Assembly: GCA_002428885.1 (NCBI GenBank)
Contig: DIYE01000338.1
Location: 1 to 61,387 of the forward strand
Direction: 5' to 3'
Origin: Alphaproteobacteria bacterium UBA6062
GTDB taxonomy: Bacteria > Pseudomonadota > Alphaproteobacteria > Sneathiellales > Sneathiellaceae
Length of the DNA stretch: 61,387 nt
Part shown: piece after piece, positions 7,962 to 16,494 of the stretch
Layout of the letters: each line of letters starts with the position of its first letter
Position numbering within the stretch: the first letter of the stretch is position 1
The notes under the pieces: model-generated
Database searches by the model: none
Told to the model about the DNA's origin: nothing
What the model saw: only the letters and a program-made list of their open reading frames with translations
Position numbers and translations under genes: made by a program

Positions 7962-9958
7962 TGACGCTACAAAACGAGCCGATAACGAGAGTTCTGTCTT
8001 ATTTTTTTGCCCTGATTATCGGGGCTTTCTCTCTTGTCTTTGCCCAGGACGGCTCCGCACGAACACTGATAACATTGGGCCAGTCCAGCCAGTATAAGGT
8101 TGAGGGCCGCAATATCGAGTTTTTTCGGGATCCGACAGGCAAAATGACGATCCAGGAAGTTCTGGCTGCCGGCGATTTTAAGCCCTTTCATAAGAAGGAG
8201 ATCGGGTTTGGCTATACCACAGATCGCCTCTGGGTCTGTTTCGATGTCCTGAATAACAGTGACCTCGGCGATAGCTGGCTGATTGATTTTAACCTGAATT
8301 TTGCCAACGGACTGGATATCTATCGCCTCGACGAGGCCGAACCGCCGAAGCATCACTATCGATATCGTATTGATATGCCCTTTGCCGAACGGGATATTCA
8401 AAGCCATCTATTGGCAACGGAGTTCAGCCTCAAGAAAGGAGAACAAACCAGATTTTGCCTCCGCTACTGGATGGACGGTCATTCAGGTATGCCGCTCACA
8501 ATCGAAACGCCGGACAATTTCTTTGCCGCCGATCGCGATAAAGCGGCCAAGGCCTTTTTGTTTACCGGGATGATGACCCTTCTGGTGGCCGTTAGCCTGA
8601 TAACCTACTTTGTTGTCCGCAGTTTCACGGTTTTTGCTTACAGCATGTATGTTGCGGCAACCGCTATTTTTGTTTTCCACCGGGACGGTTTCTCTTTTCA
8701 GTTCCTATGGCCTGACGCGACTGCCTTCAACCTCTACGCGTCAATCCCGATAGGCGCCTGCATGGTCATTGCCGGGACGATCTATGCCCGCAGTTTCCTT
8801 AAAACTCCGAAACTGCATCCGATCTATGACAAGTTTCTGGTTGTAAACATCCTTATGGCTCTGGCACTGGTCGTTGGCTCTATCTGGTTCCACCATGGTG
8901 ACGTAAAGCGCCTGATGGTTATGTGTGTGAGTTACAGCACGCTTACTTTCTTTGTCGGAGGTCTCGTTGCCTCTTACAAGCGGTTCCGGGAAGTTCGCTT
9001 TTTTGTCCTCGGCTGGTGCGGCGTTTTGGTCGCCGCGGTTCTCATGTCCGGACGCCACTTGCTTGGCCTGAATATTACCCGTGAAATGACCATCGACAGT
9101 GTCCGCTATATCATCATCTTTGATGGCTTGATGATGGGTCTTGCGATGATCGACCGATATCTGCAAACCCGGCGAACCCAAAGGAAAACACTGGAAGAAA
9201 ATCTCCGTATCGCCAAGCAGAACCTGGACTTCCGTGGGCGGCTGGACCGGCTGGAAGAGCGTTATGCCATCGCCAGTAATCAGGCTGAAGCCCGGCAGAG
9301 GCAACTCAGCGATACCAGTCATGATCTGCAGCAACCCATACAGTCGCTACGCCTTTCCGTTCATCAGATGGCTCAGTCGGAAACGTTCGATCCGGAGCTC
9401 AATAATCGTATCCATGACAGCTTTCAATATCTTGAGAATCTGATCAGCACTTACCTGAAGGATGAGAATCCTCCTGAACTCCAAACAGAGGACATCTCAG
9501 ATCCGGTACATTTGTCCGGCTTTCTCGAGAATTTATCCAATATGTTTGAGGAAGATGCGAAAGCCAAAGGCCTCAAGCTGTCCGTTGTCCCAACCTCCCT
9601 TCAGGTGGACGCTCCGGCCCTTGATCTGATGCGCATTGTCGCAAATTTACTCAGCAACGCGATCAAATATAATCCGGACGGGCGGGTCCTGCTGGGCTGC
9701 CGAAGGTCTTCGGACAGGATTTCCATAGAAGTTCATGACGATGGCCCCGGGATCACAAAACAGGATATGAGCGAAGCCAGCCGCCGGTCGGTTCGCCTGG
9801 CGCGAGATGCCAACCGGGAAGAAGGGCACGGCCTTGGGCTCGCCATTGTCCATGACTTATGCAAGCGGCATGATTTTAAATTTTCCTGGCACTCTGTTCC
9901 CGGACGCGGCACCATGTTTGCTGTCGAGGTTCCTCTTGCAAATACTCTATCGCGCTAG
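7961..9958 (+). CDS. 7TM-DISM sensor histidine kinase
   Basis: Periplasmic DISMED2-like region (GFGYTTDRLWV), ~7 TM helices, SHDLQQP H-box, NLLSNAIKY, DDGPG, GLGLAIV. Confidence 0.9.
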   Translation: MTLQNEPITRVLSYFFALIIGAFSLVFAQDGSARTLITLGQSSQYKVEGRNIEFFRDPTGKMTIQEVLAAGDFKPFHKKEIGFGYTTDRLWVCFDVLNNSDLGDSWLIDFNLNFANGLDIYRLDEAEPPKHHYRYRIDMPFAERDIQSHLLATEFSLKKGEQTRFCLRYWMDGHSGMPLTIETPDNFFAADRDKAAKAFLFTGMMTLLVAVSLITYFVVRSFTVFAYSMYVAATAIFVFHRDGFSFQFLWPDATAFNLYASIPIGACMVIAGTIYARSFLKTPKLHPIYDKFLVVNILMALALVVGSIWFHHGDVKRLMVMCVSYSTLTFFVGGLVASYKRFREVRFFVLGWCGVLVAAVLMSGRHLLGLNITREMTIDSVRYIIIFDGLMMGLAMIDRYLQTRRTQRKTLEENLRIAKQNLDFRGRLDRLEERYAIASNQAEARQRQLSDTSHDLQQPIQSLRLSVHQMAQSETFDPELNNRIHDSFQYLENLISTYLKDENPPELQTEDISDPVHLSGFLENLSNMFEEDAKAKGLKLSVVPTSLQVDAPALDLMRIVANLLSNAIKYNPDGRVLLGCRRSSDRISIEVHDDGPGITKQDMSEASRRSVRLARDANREEGHGLGLAIVHDLCKRHDFKFSWHSVPGRGTMFAVEVPLANTLSR

Positions 9959-9982
9959 AGGCAGGGCTGATGAATGCTGCCC

Positions 9983-10264
9983 CTAACAGCGATAAACATT
10001 TGCTCTGGCAGATCCGATGATAAAGTCCGTTATATAGATGGCATTGCCCCCAAGAGCTCCGGCCTTGTTTTTTAGGATCGTGCGGGAGTCATTAAGAGCG
10101 GTTAGGGAGGAAGGCGCCTCCACTTCCCCGAGCCGGGTACACTGGCTCACCAGATCTTCCGAACTGGCTTCTTTCACCTTTTTACCTGCAAGGGTCAAAC
10201 TTACGCAGGCTCCGAGCAGGAAGAGAGATCCGGTCAACAGCAGAGACGAGGCAATGAGGCGCAT
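9983..10264 (-). CDS. Small lipoprotein (DUF4156-like)
   Basis: LGAC lipobox; CTRLGEV...LKNKAGALGGNAI...VYRC. Confidence 0.7.
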   Translation of the reverse strand: MRLIASSLLLTGSLFLLGACVSLTLAGKKVKEASSEDLVSQCTRLGEVEAPSSLTALNDSRTILKNKAGALGGNAIYITDFIIGSARANVYRC

Positions 10265-10317
10265 CTTTTAAAATCTTTCCATCAAGAATAGCGAAACCCT
10301 ATATTCTTCGACCGCTA

Positions 10318-10881
10318 TCAGTTTTGACCTGCAGCCTTAACGCAAAGAGTTCGTAAAGTACCGAGTAACCGCAGCAAATGCTCCCGGTCATTAGCGGCGC
10401 GTTTGGCCGCGGAGGCGGAGCGTTGGGCAAAATCCGCAAGATCAGCAGCCGACAAGCCTGACTGCCGCAGGTTCGCATCATACGGCATCAGGATCTGCTC
10501 CAGGACAGTCCGAAAACTCTCCGCAGCCTTTTGAAGTTCCTCCCGGCTGCTGGCATCGATACCGTCAATAAGGTCCTGCACATTAGGCGCCGCAATCATC
10601 ATATCGAAACCAACGACGACCATTTGTTCAAACACCAGATCAAGCTGAGGGCCAAGCTCATCCATGGTTTCTCTTCCCATATTGATCTCGGCGATGGCAT
10701 TTTCGGCATAGCGCCGGATCTGGGCGCGTAAGATCTCTCCTTTATTTTTGAAGACATTATAAAGGGTCTGCCGGGAAACCTCAGCCTCTTTGGCAACATC
10801 CCCCATGCTCGTACGCTTGACCCCATAGCGCATAAACAGGCGCATGGAGGCATCCAGAATAATACTCTCTCTCTCATTCAT
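10318..10881 (-). CDS. TetR/AcrR family regulator
   Basis: ILDASMRLFMRYGVKRTSMGDVAKEAEVSRQTLYNVFKNK; second Met (10881) preferred as start. Confidence 0.92.
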   Translation of the reverse strand: MNERESIILDASMRLFMRYGVKRTSMGDVAKEAEVSRQTLYNVFKNKGEILRAQIRRYAENAIAEINMGRETMDELGPQLDLVFEQMVVVGFDMMIAAPNVQDLIDGIDASSREELQKAAESFRTVLEQILMPYDANLRQSGLSAADLADFAQRSASAAKRAANDREHLLRLLGTLRTLCVKAAGQN

Positions 10882-10891
10882 CGTTGAAGTA

Positions 10892-10944
10892 TTGACATTT
10901 TCGTCCATATGTCAAAATATGGACAATCATACGAATAATGTCTA
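10892..10944. promoter_or_regulatory. TetR operator region
   Basis: TTGACAT-N10-ATGTCAA (10892-10915), overlapping GTCCATAT-N6-ATATGGAC (10903-10924) and a degenerate TGGACA...TGTCTA copy, between divergent genes. Confidence 0.6.
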
Positions 10945-10960
10945 ATTGATTGGAATTGAA

Positions 10961-11623
10961 ATGCAACGGAACGTCCTGATCACCGGCGCTACGGGAATGA
11001 TTGGCGGATTAGTGCTTGAGCACTGCCTTGCTGAACCAACCATTAAGCAAGTCACGTCCCTTGTTCGCAGATCTTCCGGTATTTCCCATGACACATTACA
11101 GGAAATCATCGTTCCGAATTTTATGGACTTAAGTGCCTTTCAGGGTGTTCTGTCAAAAATCGATCTGGTCTTTTACTGCCTTGGAACCTATACGGGGAGT
11201 GTTTCCGCTGACGACATGCGACGAACGACTGTCGACATGCCGGCACATCTGGCAAAACTGCTGGAACAAGCCGGTGCACGACCCCGCTTTTGCCTTCTCA
11301 GCGGTGCCGGTGCTGATCGCCGGGAAAAGAGCCGTGCGGCTTTTGCCCGCGATAAAGGAGCGATCGAGAACATTCTAACGAAAGCCGACTTTTCGAGCTT
11401 TCATACCTTCAGACCATCCTACATCTATCCGGTTACGCCGCGCCAGGAACCCAACTTGTCCTAACGTCTGATGCGCACTGCCTGGCCTCTGATCCGCTTG
11501 TTTGGGGACGGCATGAGCATCCCATCTACGGAGCTGGCGAAGGCAATGGTCCATGTGGGGCTCAACGGTCATGATAAAGAAATTCTGGAAAACAAGGATA
11601 TTCGCCGATGTCTTCCCCGCTGA
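10961..11623 (+). pseudogene. NAD(P)-binding Rossmann protein (TIP30/YraR-like) interrupted by in-frame TAA at 11462-11464
   Basis: LITGATGMIG...FRPSYIYP...EPNLS*RLMRTAWPLIRLFG...TELAKAMVHVG...ILENKDI; the family-like C-terminus continues in frame past the stop to TGA 11621-11623. Confidence 0.75.
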
Positions 11624-12717
11624 AAGTTACCACATTCCTCCTGCTTTGCCTTGTGATCGCCTCCTGCTCCTCCTGGGGCAGCGACCCGACCGACGAAGAA
11701 GTCGCGCGATATACCCAGTCGCCAAACTACCGACCGTCGGAAAACAGGTTTGTCAATCGCAACCAGGCGGTTGTAGACGCCATGTGGGACAAAGTATGGA
11801 CATGGGAAAATGTATGGAAACAGCTCTTTTCCGACATTCAGAAAGCACCGCCTGCCCCGCTCCCCGAAGTAAAGCCCGACTTTGACCTGATGGCGAAAGC
11901 GGAGGATGACCTGAATGTTATCTGGTTTGGCCATTCCAGCTTTTTGCTGGATATCGGTGGCCGACTTGTTCTTGTGGATCCCCTTTTTGGCAATGCCGGT
12001 CCCTTCTCTCTCCTTGGAAAGCGGTTCCAGCAATCGGCGATAAAAGCCACAGATTTACCGAAGGTGGACGTGATCCTGATTTCCCATGATCACTATGACC
12101 ATCTGGAGATGAACACGGTTCGCCACTATGCCGACACAGACATCAAATTTGTTGTTCCTCTCGGCGTTGGCCGCCATCTGGTTAATTGGGGCGTTAATCC
12201 GTCCCGCATCACGGAACTGGACTGGTGGCAGGACGCAAAAGTCGACGGACTGCAATTTGTCGCGACCCCATCCCAACATTACTCCGGGCGACGGGGCTTT
12301 GCCAATAACGATACTCTATGGGCTTCCTGGGTGGTTAAATCTGAAGATCATGCTGTCTTTTTCAGTGGCGATTCCGCTTATGACACCCATTTTACCCGTA
12401 TTGGCGAAAAGCATGGCCCGTTTGACATAGCCTTCCTGGAAAATGGCCAATATAATACCGTCTCCCGCCAGGTTCATATGTTTCCGGAAGATGCGATCCA
12501 GGCTTTTGAGGATCTGGGAGCTGAAAAACTGTTCCCCGTCCATTGGGGAATGTTCGCCCTCGCAAACCACGCCTGGGACGAACCGATCCGAGAGATTGAC
12601 CGCCTGGCTGCCAAAAAAAACATCCCCCTCATCGCCCCGAAAATCGGTCAGATCATCAATATAGACAAACCGTTTTTCCTAAAACGCTGGTGGGAAGCGA
12701 TAAAGGCTGAGAGCTGA
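11608..12717 (+). CDS. MBL-fold metallo-hydrolase (NAPE-PLD/RomA-like), lipoprotein
   Basis: IASC lipobox; WFGHSS, SHDHYDHL, PSQHYSGR, FSGDS, PVHWGMF. Confidence 0.9.
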   Translation: MSSPLKVTTFLLLCLVIASCSSWGSDPTDEEVARYTQSPNYRPSENRFVNRNQAVVDAMWDKVWTWENVWKQLFSDIQKAPPAPLPEVKPDFDLMAKAEDDLNVIWFGHSSFLLDIGGRLVLVDPLFGNAGPFSLLGKRFQQSAIKATDLPKVDVILISHDHYDHLEMNTVRHYADTDIKFVVPLGVGRHLVNWGVNPSRITELDWWQDAKVDGLQFVATPSQHYSGRRGFANNDTLWASWVVKSEDHAVFFSGDSAYDTHFTRIGEKHGPFDIAFLENGQYNTVSRQVHMFPEDAIQAFEDLGAEKLFPVHWGMFALANHAWDEPIREIDRLAAKKNIPLIAPKIGQIINIDKPFFLKRWWEAIKAES

Positions 12718-12752
12718 AAAATCCTTCCAAGGATTGACATAGGATGGGAATC

Positions 12753-13310
12753 TTACTGGTGCCTGACGCGTTTCCGGGTGATCCAAATATAGCCAACACC
12801 AGACAGAAAGCCTAATAAATGGCTTTCGACGGATATTCCTGATGCAATCGGCAGCAAACCGAAAACCAGGCCACCATACAGGAGTATGGTTATCAACGCT
12901 GCTAGCAGGGACTTCATATTCCGGTCAACAAAGGCGGCCATCAGCAATGCGCCGAAATATCCGAAAACCAACCCGCTGGCGCCGACATGATACACCCCCC
13001 GCCCGACAAGCCAGACACCTATCCCGGTGAACAGGATAATAATCACCGTCATGGAAATAAATCTTGAGCCCTGGGAAACAGAAGCCAGCAGCCCCAAAAT
13101 CAGTAACGGCACCGTATTGGATATAGCGTGCCATAAGCTGCCATGGATAAAGGGGGCGAATACGATACCAATTAATCCAGACATATCCCTAGGCAAAATC
13201 CCCCAATGGAACAAACCGTGCCCCGAAAACAGATTGACAACCTCAACCAACCAGATGATGGTCAGAAGAACAATCACCGGCTGGATTCGCGACCTATAGA
13301 AGCCTTGCAC
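12753..13310 (-). CDS. Rhomboid family intramembrane serine protease
   Basis: PFIHGSLWHAISN, HVGASGLVFG (catalytic Ser), ESHLLG (catalytic His). Confidence 0.92.
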   Translation of the reverse strand: MQGFYRSRIQPVIVLLTIIWLVEVVNLFSGHGLFHWGILPRDMSGLIGIVFAPFIHGSLWHAISNTVPLLILGLLASVSQGSRFISMTVIIILFTGIGVWLVGRGVYHVGASGLVFGYFGALLMAAFVDRNMKSLLAALITILLYGGLVFGLLPIASGISVESHLLGFLSGVGYIWITRKRVRHQ

Positions 13311-13313
13311 GTG

Positions 13314-14378
13314 TCAGGATCCAAGCAGGAACACCGCGTCAGCCTGAACCTGCTCATGCGCGGATGGTGCCGTTATTATGGTATCTGTATTGCGCCGCCG
13401 GTAGGCAATTGCTATGCCTAGGTCAGCCTCTAAATATTCGGTGACAACCTCTTTCCAGGAGCCTGAAAAGTCTCGGTCTTCTCGGCGGATACGCTCACCT
13501 TCCATGGTGAACAGATTCTCCAGGATGATCGTAGCTCCGGGACTGGCGATCCCACTGACAATCATTTCCGGATAAGCCCTTATCGGCCGCAAGACGAGAG
13601 ATGCTCCGGCATTTTTAAGCCTTTGCCGGTTAGTGTCTTCCACACATTCAGAAACGATCGTTACTTGACTATTCAGGTCTGTTATCCGGTTGATCACATC
13701 AAACGCCACCCCGTCGGAACGGGCATCCTGTCCGTCCCAGGCAAGCAGGATAACAATCGCTGCCGTTTCCAACCCTGCTCTTTTGAGCGAATCCGGGTCA
13801 CTGCCATAGCCGTTGACAAAATGAATATTGAACCCATCCCATGAAGCCGGCAACCCGTCCGGAAAGCCGCATGAAATAAGGACGATCTCTTTGTCGGCCG
13901 TCACTTCGTTTCGTACGCATTCCGCAATCAACCGCTCCAGATGCTGGCGCTGATCCTGCTTCGAGCCAATAATCACAATATGGTTTTTCATTTTATTCCA
14001 GTTCCAATTGCCCTGACGAATACTTTCGCGCCGCATACTGCGATAATCGAAGAAATCCCCGGCGGCTTTCCCGAGTACAAAGATCCCTCCGACATAAAGG
14101 ATCAGGATTGTAGAAAGACGGCCTGGTAGCGTAGAGGCGGACAGGTCTCCATATCCGACAGTCGTAATACTGGTTGCAGTGAGCCAAACACTATCCTGGA
14201 GACCAAGATTTTCAAACTGCATCATGGCAGCCGTGTGGGCCACCATAATTGTTAGAATAATGCCGATTGATCTCAGGCCCGGCAGCCAGGTGTGCCTCAG
14301 TGCCCCGGTCGCTGAAGAATGCCCGCCATTTCTTTTATTGGCTCGCTTGCGGAGGTAAATCTTGAGGAAATGAAGCAT
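13314..14378 (-). CDS. Potassium channel protein with RCK/TrkA-N domain
   Basis: TTVGYGD selectivity filter between two TM helices; NHIVIIG Rossmann start, LKRAGLETA. Confidence 0.92.
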   Translation of the reverse strand: MLHFLKIYLRKRANKRNGGHSSATGALRHTWLPGLRSIGIILTIMVAHTAAMMQFENLGLQDSVWLTATSITTVGYGDLSASTLPGRLSTILILYVGGIFVLGKAAGDFFDYRSMRRESIRQGNWNWNKMKNHIVIIGSKQDQRQHLERLIAECVRNEVTADKEIVLISCGFPDGLPASWDGFNIHFVNGYGSDPDSLKRAGLETAAIVILLAWDGQDARSDGVAFDVINRITDLNSQVTIVSECVEDTNRQRLKNAGASLVLRPIRAYPEMIVSGIASPGATIILENLFTMEGERIRREDRDFSGSWKEVVTEYLEADLGIAIAYRRRNTDTIITAPSAHEQVQADAVFLLGS

Positions 14379-15043
14379 TAGCCGATCGAACCATTTTTCG
14401 CGGGCATCAACTCTTCAATCTTGTAAAGAGGCAGATGCTTAACGAAATAGACATCCGTTTTTCCGCCATCGAATATGAAGACTTCAATGGCTGCATTGCC
14501 GTCCGCGCTGCTTAGCCGGAAATAATCACATGCCTGTTCATCATTGGACAGAGTATCTCCAGCCTGTTTCTGCAACGGATCAGCATCAAGCCAATACACT
14601 TCCGATGCCTGATCCTGAACATAGTGCCCTGCCAGCCAGGGGTTTTCAGGCATGGCCAGTGGCAGAGCGTCAACGACCACCAGATGGTTTCGTTGCGGAT
14701 CGAAAAGCTCAACAAACTGATCCATGTTCAATTGGCTCTCGACATGGGGCTGATCGGCACCATATGCGAAAGCCAAACGTTCTTCTCCCTTCTCCTTGTC
14801 CACCCAAAGAACAAGCGGAAAGCCAGACTTTGTCTGACCGAGATGGAAAATCCGCCGTTCAAATCCGCTTTTCGCTGAGAGATCCAGACCAGTCACCTTT
14901 TGAACAACAAAATCAGTGTCGGAGAGGTCGGTATGTTCATCAAGTCCGGTTTTAAACATATCCCCGATCCTGAGATCCCGAGGATGCTCCAGAGATCTGG
15001 ATCCGGCTTGATCGCCCCCAATACCGAACAGTTTTCTGAACAT
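14378..15043 (-). CDS. Hypothetical protein (YjfK/DUF4178-like position in operon)
   Basis: MFRKLFG amphipathic start, PRDLRIGD; directly after pspA, overlaps the channel start by 1 nt. Confidence 0.65.
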   Translation of the reverse strand: MFRKLFGIGGDQAGSRSLEHPRDLRIGDMFKTGLDEHTDLSDTDFVVQKVTGLDLSAKSGFERRIFHLGQTKSGFPLVLWVDKEKGEERLAFAYGADQPHVESQLNMDQFVELFDPQRNHLVVVDALPLAMPENPWLAGHYVQDQASEVYWLDADPLQKQAGDTLSNDEQACDYFRLSSADGNAAIEVFIFDGGKTDVYFVKHLPLYKIEELMPAKNGSIG

Positions 15044-15088
15044 ACTGACCTCCGATTTTCTTGCCTCTTTGACAGAGGCTGTTATCCG

Positions 15089-15772
15089 TTATTTCTTCGC
15101 CTTAATACGGGCCAGTATGTCGTCTGTTTTGGCGACATCTTCACCAATCCCGGCATTCCGCATCCGGCGATCCAGATCGTCTCCGCTGACTTCGTTGGCC
15201 AGCTCTTCTGCGGACGCGAAACGGTCGGCGCGCTCCTGCTGCCGCTTTTTAATCCGATCCAGCGAATCCATCGCATTCCCCATCCTGGAAGAGGAGCCGG
15301 AAAAGCGGCTGGCAACGGAATTTTGTACTTTTTGCACAGCTTCAGTTGCCTTCAGGACATCCTGCTGCTGCTTTAGCTGCTTTAAACGGCTTTCCGCCTT
15401 TTTCAGGTTAGCCTTGAGCATTTGTTCACTCTGCTGAAAATTCTCGAAGATCGTCTGTTCAGCAGCAAGCTCCTGTTCAAAATTTCCAATCCGGTCGCAA
15501 ATATCCCTGGCCAGATCCTCGTCGCCCTTGTTAAGGGCAGCCGCGGCATAACCTTCATGCTCTTCAATTTTCTTTTTGATATCCGACAGTTTGCGTTCAG
15601 ACCCTTTTCTTTTTGCCATAATGCCGGTCAGTTCCGTCTTGCCGTTATTCAGTTCGGCTTCCGCTTCGCGCAATTCCTGATCCATAATCCGCACCGCCTG
15701 ATGGTCAGCAACTTTCTCGCCGGTTTCGGACACCATTCCTTTAAAGGCCGTAAAAACTTTGCTCCAAGACAT
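15089..15772 (-). CDS. PspA/IM30 family protein (YjfJ-like)
   Basis: MSWSKVFTAFKG amphipathic helix, long coiled coil, DDILARIK C-terminus; RBS AGGAAAGGG before ATG 15772. Confidence 0.93.
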   Translation of the reverse strand: MSWSKVFTAFKGMVSETGEKVADHQAVRIMDQELREAEAELNNGKTELTGIMAKRKGSERKLSDIKKKIEEHEGYAAAALNKGDEDLARDICDRIGNFEQELAAEQTIFENFQQSEQMLKANLKKAESRLKQLKQQQDVLKATEAVQKVQNSVASRFSGSSSRMGNAMDSLDRIKKRQQERADRFASAEELANEVSGDDLDRRMRNAGIGEDVAKTDDILARIKAKK

Positions 15773-15816
15773 CTCTGTTATCCCTTTCCTAAATTCCAGT
15801 GATCCGCGTCGGCCCG

Positions 15817-16419
15817 TCAGGGGCGCAGAAACTCTCCGCAATATTCGATGGCGTCGACAACATTATTCGACAGTGTGACGATTTCTTCGATAATTTCAGT
15901 GATATCGGAATTGATGCTCAGCGCACCAAAAATCACATAACGGTCACCGACAATGGAAAAAGCCGATAGCGGGACCGGAAGATTGGCGCGCAGCAATACC
16001 GCATTCAATTCATCCGCTTTACCATCCTGCACGTCATCAACACCCCACAGATCGGTCATCGCCAGGATCTGCTCCTCGCCAACACTGAGCATCACCGGAA
16101 ATTCATCAATATCCTGAACTGTTGCCCGGATGATTGGAGTTTCTCCGTCCATTTTTACAACGGATATTTCACCGTTTTTCACATCATCCGTTTCTTCAAG
16201 CTGCGTGAGCAGCATTTCCGATGTCATTTTGCCCATAATATTCATTCCCCTTCCATTAATTGCAGAAGCCGTATTACAAAGAGTGTCTTCCAGATCACGA
16301 ATTGCCTTTCGCCCCCAGGGCGGCACCCAGACTTGCAGAGATACCAGACCCATGGAGCGTTTTTTATCTCGCGCCCTTTTCTGACGCTCTGCGCCTGTTA
16401 GATCCTTTACCATTTCCAT
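15817..16419 (-). CDS. YjfI (DUF2170) family protein with N-terminal RHH-like extension
   Basis: C-terminal LNAVLLRANLPVPLSAFS...YVIFGALS...EEIVTLSNN; N-terminal AERQKRARDKKRSMGLVSLQVWVP; start uncertain (16413-16434). Confidence 0.85.
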   Translation of the reverse strand: MEMVKDLTGAERQKRARDKKRSMGLVSLQVWVPPWGRKAIRDLEDTLCNTASAINGRGMNIMGKMTSEMLLTQLEETDDVKNGEISVVKMDGETPIIRATVQDIDEFPVMLSVGEEQILAMTDLWGVDDVQDGKADELNAVLLRANLPVPLSAFSIVGDRYVIFGALSINSDITEIIEEIVTLSNNVVDAIEYCGEFLRP

Positions 16420-16437
16420 TCTCGGCCACATCAATAG

Positions 16438-16473
16438 TTGTTACACATCACACTTAAGCGTGACACGTAACAA
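16438..16473. promoter_or_regulatory. 36-bp imperfect palindrome upstream of yjfI-pspA
   Basis: TTGTTACACATCACACTTAAGCGTGACACGTAACAA; 28 of 36 positions symmetric. Confidence 0.65.
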
Positions 16474-16494
16474 TTTCAAGGCGTGACGTGGAAC

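Noticed and set aside
7293-7964. 223-aa plus-strand ORF exactly antisense to the response regulator
   Set aside because: Shadow ORF with no motifs; explained by codon bias of the real gene. The same applies to other long antisense ORFs such as 48697-49458, 52890-53609 and 57063-57701.
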